DNA of 64,000 nt from Chrysomallon squamiferum. Taxonomy: Eukaryota > Animalia > Mollusca. The position numbers were made by a program, and so were the translations under genes. The stretch covers positions 44,888,001 to 44,952,000 of the forward strand of contig CM022665.1 of NCBI GenBank assembly GCA_012295275.1. Direction: 5' to 3'. Below the pieces are notes generated by a model that worked only from the letters and a program-made list of their open reading frames with translations, was not told the origin of the DNA and did no database searches. Positions 15,312 through 29,881 of this stretch are shown here, piece after piece. How positions within the stretch are numbered: the stretch's first letter is position 1; each line of letters begins with the position of its first letter.

Positions 15312-18300
15312 AAAGAACACATTTTGTTCTTGAACTCTTTTTGCTTTTTTTCTATATTTATTTTTAGTTTGTTTAGGGAAAATACGCTTCTAAGAAACAT
15401 GGACCAGATATTTAAACCAAAGTATTTTGTTATTAAATAAAGATATCAAAATAATTACATGACAAATCAAGATCTAATAACATGTCAAAAAATTACTACC
15501 AATGATTCTTTTTCAAATGTCAAAGAAATACATTTTCCTATGCTTATGTCAATAGTCACTTTATCTGATTCTTCTTAATGGTTACTTTGTTTCTGTTTGT
15601 TTTGTTTGTTAATAACATTAATTAAGATATATTAATAGTAACTCACTTGTGTATGGTGTTTTCCCCAGAGAAGTGGACCTGTAAGTAAAATGAAAATTTG
15701 AAATTGTAGACTTAATAAATTTTGTTACTTTCAAATTTTCTTTTTAGAGGCTAAATTTTGTTAATATTAAGGAAAGATATATATAATAATATCTAATATG
15801 TATTAACTGATGACAGTAGGAGTTTATTCTTTTCTTTTTCCTTTTTTTTCTCTCTTTATTTCATAACTTGGTTATTTATTTTTGTAGTACATTTCAGGAT
15901 TATGAATGAGTCATTACTGATATTTATATGTACAGTTAACACATATCATCTCTACAGTGTTATTCACTGCCAAAGAAAGTGAAAATAAGCAAAATTGTAG
16001 ATTGCAGTGGATGTAGAAATGAACACTTATAAATTTTGAAAGGTGTACAGACTCTCTTTAATTAACTCTTGGCATCCATCCTGATCACTTACATATATGT
16101 AAAGTATTCTATAGGAGATTTAATAATAACAATCTTTTGAAATGTTAAAAAGTTATACTACACCTTTCTTTTCTTCTTCTGTCTGTCTTTGGAGTCTGGA
16201 TAAAGAGACAAAAGCACATTTAACATACTACATTTTTATCATTACACTTTACACACATTAATGAAGAAAGTAATATAAAATGTTAATATAAGCATCATGA
16301 AATATAAAATCTAAAAAGAATCTTTCGTAAACGTTAATAAATAGAATAAACTATGCTGAGACCTTTCAGTTTCAGAATAAAGAAAAAGTGAATGAATGGA
16401 GTAAAATATATTTTTCTTTTACAGAGGTCAGGAAAGGAAAACAACACACAATACACCATGGGATTTCTGACTAAAAGGAGGTATTTCAAAGGCATTTTCC
16501 CTCTGAGATTCAATATTCTTGATAAATGAATGATGAGGCTCTGACTGGATTGGGAAATGATTGTAAGTAGAACTGATCCTGTATATCTCAAATCTCAGCC
16601 ACAATAAATAGTCTAGCACCAAGTGGGATGCTCACATTAAACAGAACCATTAACTTGTCTTAATTTTACTTTTAAAATGTTTTTTATTTTTTTATTAATT
16701 TTCTCTGATATTATAGAAAATGTTAAGTTATATATATTTATTAACAACTAATGTGCATATACTAACCAACTCATTGAAAGGTGCGTTTATGTTTTGGTCG
16801 GGATGAAAGCTGCAAAATACCAAACAGATAAACCATCTGTTTTGAAATAATAATAACAATAATAACAATAACAATAAATAAATAAATAAATAAAAAGGAA
16901 ATAATAAAAGAACACCTTTTGTTCTCAAACTCTTTACCTTTTGTAACTGTATTTATTAAACAGTTTATTTGAGGCAAAGATACACTTCTAAGAAACATGA
17001 ATCAAATATTTAAATCAAAGTAATTTTGATAATAAAGCTTTTAAAATAGTAACATGACAAACCAAGACTTAATAACATGTAAAAAAAATTTACTACCACT
17101 ATTTTTTTCAAATGGCAAAGAAATAGATTTTCCTATTCTTATGTTAATAGTTACTTTATCTGATTGATGTTAATGGTTACTTTCTTTTGTGGTTTTTTGT
17201 TTGTTTGTTAATAACATTAATTAAGATTTTTTAGTAATAACTCACTCATGATCGGTGTTTTTTTCAGAGAAGTGGACCTGTAAGTAAAATGAAATCCGAA
17301 ACTGTAGACTAAATAAATTGTCTAACTTCCAGATTTTCTTTTTAGGGGCCAAACTTTCTTAATATTAAGGAAAGAGAATTATAATAATATGTTATATGTA
17401 ATAATTATTGATAATAAAACTTTATTCATTTCATTTTACTTTTTTTTTTCTAAATATTTTCTTTATTTTTTTTTAGTAGACTTGAGAATTATGTATGACT
17501 CATTACTCATATTCATATGCACAGTTAACATGTATCATCTATATAGTGTTATTCACTGCCAAACAAACTGAAAATAAACAAAATTGCAGATTGCAGTGGA
17601 TGTAGTTATGGACACTTTAATTAACTCTTGGCATTCATTGTTTTCACTTACTGTTATATAAAGTATTCTATAAGACATTTTATAACGATAATTCAAGATG
17701 TTAAAAAGCTATACACACCCTTCTTTCATGTTCTTCTGTCTGTGGAGTCTGAATAAAGAGACAAAATCATATATAGTTTTTTATCATTACACTTCCCCAT
17801 ACATTAATGAACAAAGTAATATCAAATCTTAATATAAGTGTCATGAAATATAAAATCTAAATAGAATTCTTTGTAAAAGTTAATAAAGGAATAAACTATA
17901 CCGAGACCTTTCTTTCAGTTTCACAATCAAGAAAAAGTGAATGAATTGAGTAAATTATATTTTTATTTTACAGAGGTCGGGAAAGAAAATCTACAGACAA
18001 TACACCATGGGCTTATTGACTAAAAGGAGATATTTAAAAGGCATTTTCCCACAGAGATTCAGTATTCTTGATAAGTGAATGATAGGGCTGTGACTGGATT
18101 GGGAAATGGCTGTGAGTAGAACTGATCCTGTATATCTCAAATATCAGCCACATGTATCATGTTTTTTTTTCTATTATTATTATTATTAATATTATTATTT
18201 GTTCGTGTTGTGTCCCTTTTTTCATCTCATACTATGGAAAATCTTCAGTTGTAAATGATATAACAATTTTATTTATCAACAACTGATGTGCAAACACTAA

Positions 18301-18369
18301 CCGACACATGGAAGGGTACACTACAATTAGTAGTTTCATTAGAAATGTCAAAATCAGGAATATATGGTG

Positions 18370-18415
<46 letters not shown>

Positions 18416-19994
18416 TAAAAAATAAAATGAAAGGTGTTTCACTTTCATACAATAACTTTTCTTAATCATTACAAAATATTGGTTACAGGACTTTGTTTAA
18501 TATTTTAATCCAGTTTTTCATGTTAGTTTATAACAACTTTTTTTCTTAAAATAATTTAGTTTTTGGATCAGATTAGACAACATAGACTTAAAATATGGTT
18601 TTATATTGTTTGCAACTGTCAATGATTTATAAAGAAACATATAGTGCCACAATTTTAGTATCTTGTAACTTGTAGGTAATTAAGTAGAATAATCATTTGA
18701 GCACTGGAATGATAATTTCTTTCATTTTCTAAAGAATAGATATGTACATTATTTTAGTTGTTTATCATTGCAAGGTGTCTCTTAAAACATTGGTGTACAG
18801 TAAATGTGCACGAATAGGTTGATTAAAAAGACTCACCGGTCGGTGGAGTGTAGCCATCAATTTCAATATAGAACTGGAAAGTGAAATTATAGAATTCATT
18901 TTAGTTTTGTAAGTTTTAAAATTTCTTTCTTAGCATTTTAAATGATTTAATGTTGTTCTAATTTCATTAACGGAGTCAGGTAACTATGCTGTTGGTGGGA
19001 AATATCACTGAGTTTTTAAACTGCATTATGTTTTTATATTTCAGAGTTATAAATTAAATTTCAGTCTGTTTTAAATAAATATGTATTAGATGATTTAGTA
19101 GAGAATATTAATACGGGATTTTGTAAGGACACTGTAATAAAATAAAGTGGAACAACCGAATGTTTTCATCACATTAATGTTTGAAACTTACAATGAGGTC
19201 TTCTTCCTCCTCCTTCGCACCTGTATTATCCTGAAATGATGCATATCAAATTAATTAACAACAAACAGTTACCAGTAATTGACATCTTTAGTTAAAGTAT
19301 TCCTCATAATTAGATAAAAGAAAAATAATAATGAAATAAAAATTCATTTAACACTTAAAATTTCTAACATATAAAACACTGATGATATTAAATTCATATA
19401 TTTAATGAAAAGAAATCTGAAAACAAAGAATATATATATATACAGTTAAAATAAATAAATAAATAAAAGAAAAAAAAAGAGGAATCGTATATATATAAAT
19501 TACAAAGAAAAGAATATTAAAGTGATAATTACCGGGGTGTGTTCAAAGTCTTGAGATGTCTTGGTCACTGGACATGTGAAATCTACAAGATTTACAGAAC
19601 TTAGATAATCCTTTGATAGATAAATTGATATTTCAAATTTCAAAATTCAGAATAAACATCCTTTACACAATATTAAAATGTGTAAATTTGTATTAGAATG
19701 TTATATATATGAATATAAAATAATTTATACCAATCTACAAATTATTTCATAGATTTTTTTGCGATTATTAAACAAACATTGAAATACATGTGTAATATAT
19801 ATTGTGACTAAAGAAACTCTATATTGTAAACTTAATGAAATACCCACCAAAAATTTCAAACATGTTGGTGTTATTCTGAAAACAATAGATAAGAATAAAA
19901 TAAAAATTTGGAAATAATTTAACAATTGAGAATATTTTTATTAGTAGTATTGTTGTTTATACTGAAATCAATGAAACGTTTAATAATTAACATA

Positions 19995-20050
<56 letters not shown>

Positions 20051-21000
20051 CGATTTTATTATTTATTTATAAACATTATTTGTATATTTGTTTTTTTTTT
20101 TTTGTTTTTTGTTTTGTTTATACCAAGTTAAGAATTTCACAAAGGTGTTCTGAATTAATTTGCAAAATGTATTTAATTGAAAAATACAAATAAAACATAC
20201 CTGAGTTGTGTCTCCAATGCCTACTTTTTCATACCCTTCAGGGAAGAATACATAGTCACTTGTAAAAAAAAAAAAAATAATAATAATAAAAGATTGTTAG
20301 AGGTATAGTCTGTTAGATTATAATAAAAAAGTAGGTCTGTAAAATACCTGCATTTCGTAGACTTAGCTGAAATTCAAAGACAACTCTACAAATGTCTTGG
20401 CATAATACTGTAAGTAGGATGAACAAAGTTATCTCCCTTCACCCGTTCGACGTTTAAATCCGATAGCATAGCCTAATACTGAAACTAATTATGAATCTCA
20501 GTGCTTCGATTAAAGTTGAGGAATCTTTTAAAAGTGGAGTCATGGTGATAGTGGTACTAGTAACAGTAACTCGTTATTAAAACAATCACATAAATTCCTA
20601 ATTTTAATATCTAAAAGTTTGAATGATCAGAGAACGCACTAGATAATAAATTTTATTAATAGTTGATTTATAAAATCAAATATGAATATAAAAGGTAATC
20701 ATGCAGTTTAAATCTTCGCGTTGTCGGCATTCACTGGTTTGACGATAGACATTTAATGTTTTCGCAGAAACAGTTACAAATCATAGCAAAATATTTATCG
20801 AACCTAAACTGCAAGGTTACATGTAAATGTATCCCACATAATGAATTTTGACGTGTTATAAAATACATAAGTAAATACATAAGTTACACTGAACATCTTA
20901 CTTGGTTCGCTGATATTCTTTCTTTTTCCTCTTTCGAGAGAAAAAAGATTTTCTTAAGAAATTCATCTTTGCAAAGCGATAAAACACAGAGCAAATCTGG
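14795..21000 (-). other. Probable spliced host transcript with many short exons; coding status unknown
   Basis: Short, relatively GC-richer islands bounded on the minus strand by polypyrimidine-AG and GT(A/G)AG-like sites near 14800-14840, 15647-15678, 16164-16195, 17245-17277, 17719-17748, 18837-18873, 19192-19230, 19533-19582 and 20201-20258. I could not assemble a convincing ORF. Confidence 0.45.
15050..18300. repeat. Two diverged ~1.6-kb tandem units (repeated again at ~25900-27650 and ~27650-29280)
   Basis: ggatgaaa.ctgcaaaatacc, cttctaagaaacatg, gtggacctgtaagtaaaatg and gactggattgggaaatg recur at ~1.6-kb spacing. Confidence 0.85.
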
Positions 21001-21489
21001 TTGTCATAGATATGACGTCACTAAATTAATTTAAAATTTTTATGGACGTTACATTCGGTTACAATCGGGAGCAGTCGGCAAAACGACGTAAACCGGAAAC
21101 GTTTAATCTTTTATTAGAACGAAGTACTTACCTAATGTTTTTTTCAGAAATGTGAATAAAACATCAGGTTTTAAAACTAATGTAAACTATTCCGTGGTGT
21201 TTCTTTTTTCTTTTTTATTTATTATTGCAGTCATTATTTTATTTTATTTTTAAAGGTTTCTTAATCTGTTAAATGTAGATTGTGAATAACAGCATGATAT
21301 CTGAACGAAATAATTGTAACATTTAATTATTGACTTCACAGAGCTGCTTTTACTGAATTACTACGGGTATTTTTTGTTATGTTATGTTATTTATTTATTT
21401 ATTTTCAAACAACAAGAATAAAAGCAAACGAAAAAACCAAAAACAGACAAATAGACTGTAACCCCTCAACAGAATTTAAATTTACTTTT

Positions 21490-24400
21490 AAAACTTTATA
21501 TATAGTGTTTCTTCCCGGAAATGTAAAATGTGGTCTAGAGTTGTTTCGCTTTAAGATTCAGTTCTGCTCGTTTATGTACTGACATCGAGGGGCAGAATGT
21601 AAGACTTCAATATCTTATAACTACGGACATTTTGGATTGGGTAATGCTAATTTTATGTCATGCTACATCGAATCTGTTGACAGCTTAATTTTTAAATCGA
21701 TCTTTCAATAGCTGTTTTTTTACTTGAGTCCTTTTATTCAAATTATTGTCATTTCACGAATATGTCACATTAATTAACTGAAGTTTTAAGTGAAATGTCA
21801 TCAGAATATTTGAAATTGCCATCGTCGACATAAGAAATATTTTCAGTCATTTTTGTGGAATGACTTCCGAAGTTTGCAGCATTTCTATTGGTCGATTTAA
21901 AAGAAAGATTTTTCGTTGTGATTATATAGAAAAGAGATCGGCTTGGTCTCTGGGGGGGGGGGATACAACGAAGGCAGAATTATTTTTCCTGTTTTTTTTT
22001 TTTTTTTTTTTTTTTTGTCTTGCTTTTTAAATGACAGGCTTGTCCTCTTTGTGTTAGGTTTAATTTTAATTATTTTGGATAGGGAGGTGTGTTACTAAAG
22101 ATGGCATCCTTTGTTGATTCCCAGTTTTCCCTATCAAGGCGTGAAGAATTATTTTTACATATTTATATGAAAAACATCTTTTTTATTTCTTTTTTATTAT
22201 CTACGGCTTTTCTTTTTGTTTTTATTATTCAATTTAAATTTGTAATATTCAAAAATCATAATAATGTCTGTCTTCAGTTTTCTAATATATATATGCTAAT
22301 AATAACTACACAATATATTCTTGATTTGTCCACACGTCCACTTATTTTAAAATGTCTTTATTTGGAGATTTTTTTATTCATTATTATTTCAGCATATTAT
22401 ATATGTGTAAAATGGAATAAAATGTTAATCTAAATTATGATTCTTCACTGGCTGTTGATAACATTATTCTTTTAATTGCTGGCATATTTAAGGATTTCAA
22501 TCTCACAAAATTAACTTATAAACCATTGTCAGCTGCCACACAATGACAGGCTTTCAACATTAACTAATTGTATTGAACAGTTTTTACTTAGCTATGTTTA
22601 CATTTAATATTTTCAAATGTTAGGAATATTTACAAAGAAAACCAGTTACGTCTTTCAAATGACTACTACTGATACAGTTTTCCTTTGTGTTGATTTTGAA
22701 TTACAAAAACAATATCCATTGAGTTTTTAAACAATTTCAATATTTAAATAAAAAGGAAAGATCATTTTTCAATCTTTAAGTTTTCAGTACTTTAAGAAGA
22801 TTTCAGAAATTCAGATTTTTTCTTTGATAAACAAAAACAAACAAGAGAAATAAAAAGTTTCATTGTATTTCATTTCTTATTTCCAAAAAAAGTAAATAAT
22901 AAAAAGTAGTTTGTACAGTTATTTACACTGGGATTTTTTCTTTTCTTACAATAATAAAAAGTTTAATTATATATCATTTCTTATTTACAAAACAATTAAA
23001 TTTAACAAAAAGCTAGTATGTACACATATTTACATTTTTCTTTACACTAATAAACAGTTTCATTGTACTTAATTTGTTATTTACAAAACAATTATATTAA
23101 TAAAAAAAATTAGGATATACACATATTTACAGGTTTTGCCTTCTTCGTACTATAAAAAAATTAATTGTATTTCATCTGTTACTCAGGAAAAATTATATTT
23201 TACAAAAAACTAGTATATAAAGATTTAGATTGTTTTTTTTTGTTGTTAATTTTTGTTTTTTACACTATTAAAAAGTTTAATTGTATTTCATTTGTTATTT
23301 ACAAAGCAATTAAATTTATTCAAAAATGTAGTATATACACATATTTACAGGTTTTGTTTTCTTACAATAATAAAAAGTTAAATTTTATTTCATTTATTAA
23401 ACAATTAAATTTAATAAAAAGCTAGTATGTACACATATAAAGTGTGTTTATCTTTGTACTATTGAAAAAATAATCATATTTCATTTGTTACTGACAAAAA
23501 ATTATATTTAATAAAAATACTAGTATGTACACATATTTACATTTTGTTCTTTACACTAATAAACAGTTTCATTGTACTTAATTTGTTATTTTACAAAACA
23601 ATTATAAATTTAAAAAAAAACTAGGATACATAATATTTTTTTTCTTTTTCTTTTTTTATATATAAAATTCGTTATTTCTTCTTTTATTCAAAAAAAATTA
23701 AATTTAATCAAAAAATTAATTTTACATTGTTTTTAAAAAAGTTTAATTTTTTTTTTTTTTTTAAAAAAAAAAATTATTTAATAAAAAACTATATATACAC
23801 AGTTTTTTTTTTACAATAATAAAAAAAGTTTAATTATTTCAAAACAATTAAATTTCATTATTTATTTAAAAAAATTATATTTTTAAAAAAAACTAGTATA
23901 CATATTTACATTGTGTTTTTTTTTTAATTTTTTTTTTTACACTAAAAAAAAGTTTAATTCATATTTCATTTGTTATTTTACAAAAAAATTATATTTAATA
24001 AAAATACTAGTATGTACACATATTTACATTTTGTTCTTTACACTAATAAACAGTTTCATTGTACTTAATTTGTTATTTACAAAACAATTATATTTAATAA
24101 AGAAAACTAGGATATACACATATTTACAGGCTTTGTCTTCTTTGTACTATATAAAGATTAATTGTATTTCTTCTTTTATTCAGAAAAAATTATATTTAAT
24201 CAAAAACTATTATGTAGAGATTTACATGTTTTTTTTGCTTTTTTACATAATAAAAGTTTTTTTTTTTTTTTTATTTACAAAACAATTAATTTAATAAAAA
24301 AAGTTTAATTGTATTTCATTTTTTTTTTTATTTAAAAAAGCAATTAAATTTAATAAAAAAGTATATATTAATTTTTTACAGGTTTTTTTTTTTTATAATA

Positions 24401-26079
24401 ATAAAAGATAAAAAAATGTTTAATTGTTTCATTTGTTATTTACAAAACAATTAAATTTAAAAAAAAAAGCTAGTATATACATTTTTACAGGTTTTTTTTT
24501 TATAATAATAAAATGATATTTCATTTGTTATTTACAAAACAATTAAATTTAATAAAAAGTTAGAATGTACACAGTTAAAGTGTTTTTATCTTTCTACTAT
24601 TAAAAAAATAATCATATTTCATTTCTTATTGTCCAAAAATTATACTTAATCAAAAATCTAGTATGTATTCATATTTACATTTTTTTTCTTTACACTAATA
24701 AACTTTCATTGTATTTCATTTATTTACAAAACAATTATATTTAAACAAAAAACTAGTATATACACATATTTACAATGGTTATTTTCTTACAATAATAAAA
24801 AGTTTAATTCTATTTCATTTGATATTTACAGAAAATTATATTTAATCAAAAAACTAGTATGTACACATATATACATTTTTATTCATTTTTGTTTTTACAC
24901 CAGTAAAAAGTTTAATTCTATTTAATTTGTTATTTACAAAAAAATTATATTTAATAAATAAAAAACTAGTATATACACATATTTACAGTGGTTATTTTCT
25001 TACAATAATAAAAAGTTTAATTCTATTTCATTTGATATTTACAGAAAGTTATATTTAATCAAAAACTAGCATGTACACATTTAAAGTGTTTTATCTTTGT
25101 ATTATTATAAAATTAATCATATTTGATTTGTTATTTACAAAAACTATACTGAATCCAAAAATTTGTATGTACACATATTTATATTTTTTCTTTACACTAA
25201 TAAAAAGTTTAATTGTATTTCATTTGTTATTTACAAAGCAATTAAATGTAATGAAAAACGAGTATGTACACATCTAAAGTGTTCTTTTTTTCTACACTAA
25301 TAAAAAGTTTCATTGTATTTCATTTGTTATTTACAAAACAGTTATATTTAATCAAAAACTAGTAGATACACATATTTTTATTATTGTTGTTTTTTGTTTC
25401 TTTTTTGACACTAATAAAATGTTTAATTGTATTTGATTTGTTATTTACAAAACAATTATATTTAATCAAAAACTATGTATACATATTTACATTGGTTTTT
25501 TTTTTTTTTTTTTTTGGTTTTTTTTTTTTTATTTTACAATAATAAAAAGGTTAATTGTATTTCATTTGTTATTTACAAAAAATTAAATTCAATCAAAAAA
25601 CTATAATGTATAAAACCAGTCCTGTCCTTTTTCCTAATTGTTCTGGTTTCCTTAGTGGTCTGTAAAACAAACAAATGAATGAATATTTAAGCCCAATCCA
25701 GTGATAATGAAGTTATTAGGTGAAACACATTTGTATAATAAACTGTTCAAAGTAAATGTATTGATTTTATCTAATAATTATATATGAGTAAATATCTTGT
25801 TTTTATATACTAATTGTATTGTAGGGGGATATGTACATTTCTGTTATCTGTTGCATGTATGGGATTTGTTTTAGGTTCAGTTGCTTGTAAAGAAAATACT
25901 GGATGGATGATTAGAATAATGAATGATTTACAAAATATGTAATATTTCTTTTCTTTATACATACACAGGCAAAAAACACGAAATAGCTGTTGCAGTGGTG
26001 TGGACTTAATTTTTTGGTCAGGATGAAACCTGCAAAATACCAATAAAGATAAACCATATGTTTTGAATCCAAAATAATA

Positions 26080-26137
<58 letters not shown>

Positions 26138-27591
26138 TAAAATAAATAAATAAATAAATAAATAATAAAAGAACACATTTTGTTCTTATACTCTTTCGCT
26201 TTTTGTATGTGTATTTATTTATTAAACAGTTTGTTTGAGGGAAAGATACGCTTCTAAGAAACATGGACCAGATATTTAAACCAAAGTATTTTGTTATTAA
26301 ATAAAGATATCAAAATAGTTACATGACAAGTCAAGATCTAATAACATGTCAGAAAATTACTACCAATGATTCTTTTTCAAATGACAGAGAAATACATTTT
26401 CCTATGCTTATGTCAATAGTCACTTTATCTGATTCTTCTTAATGGTTACTTTGTTTCTGTTTGTTTTGTTTGTTAATAACATTAATTAAGATATATTAAT
26501 AGTAACTCACTTGTGTATGGTGTTTTCCCCAGAGAAGTGGACCTGTAAGTAAAATGAAAATTGAAATTGTAGACTTAATAAATTTTGTTACTTTCAAATT
26601 TTCTTTTTAGAGGCTAAATTTTGTTAATATTAAGGAAATATATATATAATAATATCTAATATGTAATAATTAATGACACTAGGAGTTTATTCTTTTCTTT
26701 TTCCTTTTTTTTCTTTCTTTATTTTATAACTTGGTTATTTATTTTTGTAGTTCATTTCAGGATTATGAATGAGTCATTAGTGATATTTATATGTACAGTT
26801 AACATCTATCATCTCTACAGTGTTATTCAGTGCCAAAGAAACTGAAAATAAGGAAAATAGCAGATTGCAGTGGATGTAGCTATGAACACATACATTTTGA
26901 AAGTGTACAGACTCTCTTTAATTAACTCTTGGCATCCATCCTGATCACTTACATATATGTAAAGTATTCTATAGGACATTTAATAATAACAATATTTCTA
27001 GATGTTAAAAAGTTATATCACACCTTTCTTTTCTTCTCATCTGTCTGCGGAGTCTGGATAAAGAGACAAAAGCACATTTAACATGTTCCATTTTTATCAT
27101 TACACTTTACACACATTAATGAACAAAGTAATATGAAATGTTAATATAAGCATCATGAAATATAAAATCTAAATAGAATCTTTTGTAAACATTAATAAAG
27201 GAATAAACGATCCCGAAATCTTTCTTTTAGTTTCACAATAAAGAAAAAGTGAATGAATTGAGTAAATTATATTTTTATTTTACAAAGGTCAGGAAAGAAA
27301 ACCTACAGAGAATACACCAAGGGCTTATTGACTAAAAGGAGATATTTAAAAGGCATTTTCCCACAGAGATTCAATATTCTTGATAAATGAATGATTGGGC
27401 TGTGACTGGATTGGGAAATGGCTGTAAGTAGAACTGATCCTGTATATCTCAAATCTCAGCCACAAAAAATAGCAAACATCTCTAAGTGGGATGCTCACAT
27501 TAAACACAACCATTAACTTGTCTTTATTTTACTTTTTAAAATTTATTTATTTATTTATTTATCTACTATTATTATTATTTTTATTATTTTT

Positions 27592-27622
<31 letters not shown>

Positions 27623-29280
27623 CTCATATTATGGAAAATGTTAAGTTGTAAATGACAAAACAATTTTATTTATTAACAACTAATGTGCATATACTAACCA
27701 ACTCATTGAAAGGTGCGTTTATGTTTTGGTCGGGATGAAAGCTGCAAAATACCAAAAAGATAAACCATCTATTTTGAAATAATAATAATAATAAGAACAC
27801 CTTTTTTTCTCAAACTCTTTACCTTTTTGTATCTGTATTTATTTATTAAACAGTTTATTTGAGGCAAAGATACACTTCTAAGAAACATGAATCAAATATT
27901 TAAATCAAAGTAATTTTGATAATAAAGCTTTTAAAATAGTAACATGACAAACCAAGATTTAATAACATATAAAACAAATTAGAGACAATATGTTTTTCAA
28001 ATAGCAAAGAAATACATTTTCCTATTCTTATGTTAATAGTTACTTTATCTGATTGATGTTAATGGTTACTTTCTTTTGTCGTTTTCTGTTTGTTTCTTAA
28101 TAACACTAATTAAGATTTTATAGTAGTAACTCACTCATGATCGGTGTTTTTTCAGACCTGTAAGTCAAATGAAATTTGGACCTGTAAATAAATTGTCTAA
28201 AGATTTTCTTTTTAGGGGCCAAACTTTCTTAATATTAAGGAAAGAGAATTATAATAATATATAATACGTAATAATTGATGATAATAAAACTTTATTCTTT
28301 TCTTTTTCCTTTTTATCTTTATTTCCAAATTTATTTATTTATTTTTTAGTAAACTTGAGAATTATGTATGACTCATTACTCATATTCATATGAACAGTTA
28401 ACATGTGTCATCAACAGAGTGTTATTCACTGCCAAAGAAACTGAAAATAAACAAAATAGCAGACTGCAGTGGATGTAGTTATGAACACTTTAATTAACTC
28501 TTGGCATTCATTGTCTTCAATTAGTTTTATATAAAGTATTCTATAAGACATTTAATAATAACGATAATTCAAGATGTTAAAAGCTGTACACACCCTTCTT
28601 TCATGTTCTCCTATCTGTGGAGTCTGAATAAAGAGACCAAAACACATTTAACATTATACTTTTTTATCATTACACTTTACACACATTAATATAAAATCTT
28701 AATATAAATGTCATGAAATATAAAATATAAATAGAATTTTTCATAAAATTTAATAAAGGAATAAACTATACTGAGATTTTTTAGGTTTGTTTTAGTTTCA
28801 CAATTACAAAAAAAGTGAATGAATGGAGTAAATTATATTTTTATTTTACAGAGGTCAATAAAGGAAAACTACAGACAATACACCATATGCTTACTGACTA
28901 AAAGGAGATTTTAAAGCCATCTTTCCATAGGGATTCTGTATTCTTCATAAATGAGTAATGGGGCTGTGACTGGATTGGGAAATGGAGATAAGTAGAACTG
29001 ATCCTGTGTATCTCAAATATCAGCCACAATAAATGGTCTAGCACAATCTCTAAGGGGGATGCTGAGATAAAACACCACCATTAACTAGTCTTTATTTACT
29101 TTTTAAAATTTTACTCTATTTATTTATTTATTTATTTATTATTATTATTAATTTTTTGTTGTTGTTTCCTTTTTTTTTCTTGTTGTTTCCTTTTTTTCTC
29201 TTGTTCTTTCCTTTTTTTAGGTCTGATATTATGGAAAACCTTCAGTTGTAAATAACAGAACAATTTTATTGTTAATCAAT
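21490..29280. repeat. Segmental duplication copy 2, interrupted at its right end by the viral array
   Basis: Colinear with 13350-18300. The last matching block, ttcagttgtaaat..aacaattttatt..atgtgca, corresponds to ~18244-18292. Confidence 0.88.
22830..25610. repeat. Expanded ~80-bp AT-rich minisatellite
   Basis: Same unit as 13970-14790. The stretch 23600-24500 looks garbled, suggesting low consensus quality. Confidence 0.9.
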
Positions 29281-29281
29281 G

Positions 29282-29510
29282 TGCACTTTTAGCTCATGAT
29301 CCTTCGGGCTCGGGCGTAGCCCGAAGGAGATAAATCACCTTCGGGCTAAAAGTGCAAGGAGCCAAATCACCTTCGGGATAAAAGTACACTTAAAAGTACA
29401 TTGTTGCTTTGAAAGCCAAAAGCGAAAAACCAACGATCTTTTACACTTTGTTTTTTTTACAATAACAAGAGTTAGGTTAGAATCTATCAGGTCACGATTT
29501 TGATCACATG
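29282..29510. repeat. Genome A left ITR with hairpin tip
   Basis: Stem tgcacttttagc..gctaaaagtgca encloses the nested palindrome ccttcgggct-cgggcgt-agcccgaagg, followed by an arm ending acaataacaagagttaggttagaatctatcaggtcacg. Confidence 0.9.
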
Positions 29511-29881
29511 ACCATGATGACGTTATGTTTATATTTTAACCGGAGGTGACGTCATTTCCGATATGACGTCATATGCCGTATCCGTAATACCAGACGTCAG
29601 TTTAAATTATAAGTTTAAATTAATTTAAACGATTAAAGATTTTTAAATTTAAAACTATTTATTTAAATACTATTTTTTTTATTAATTAATTAAATTTTAT
29701 TTTATTTAAATAACATTTTTGGTTTTAAATCAAAACTATATTAATTAAACAAATAACAAGATTTTTAAATTTAACATTATTTATTTAAATAACATGTTTC
29801 TTTTATTAACTAATTAATTAACTATTTTTTAACAATATTTAAGAATATTATTGTATACATAGTATACGATATTTACTACAT

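Larger units (their letters stand above)
13350..18300. repeat. Segmental duplication copy 1 (paralogous to ~21490-29280)
   Basis: Shared blocks include gggcagaatgtaagacttcaatatc (~13455 and ~21590), ctggtttccttagtggtctgtaaaac (14821 and 25643) and ccccagagaagtggacctgtaag (15663 and 26527). Confidence 0.9.

Noticed and set aside
15895-15955. Possible intronic C/D-box snoRNA on the minus strand
   Set aside because: C and D boxes are not both intact in any of the four paralogous copies and no guide target is recognisable.
16420-16620. Plus-strand exon-like block repeated four times
   Set aside because: Multiple stops in the frames I examined and no recognisable protein family.
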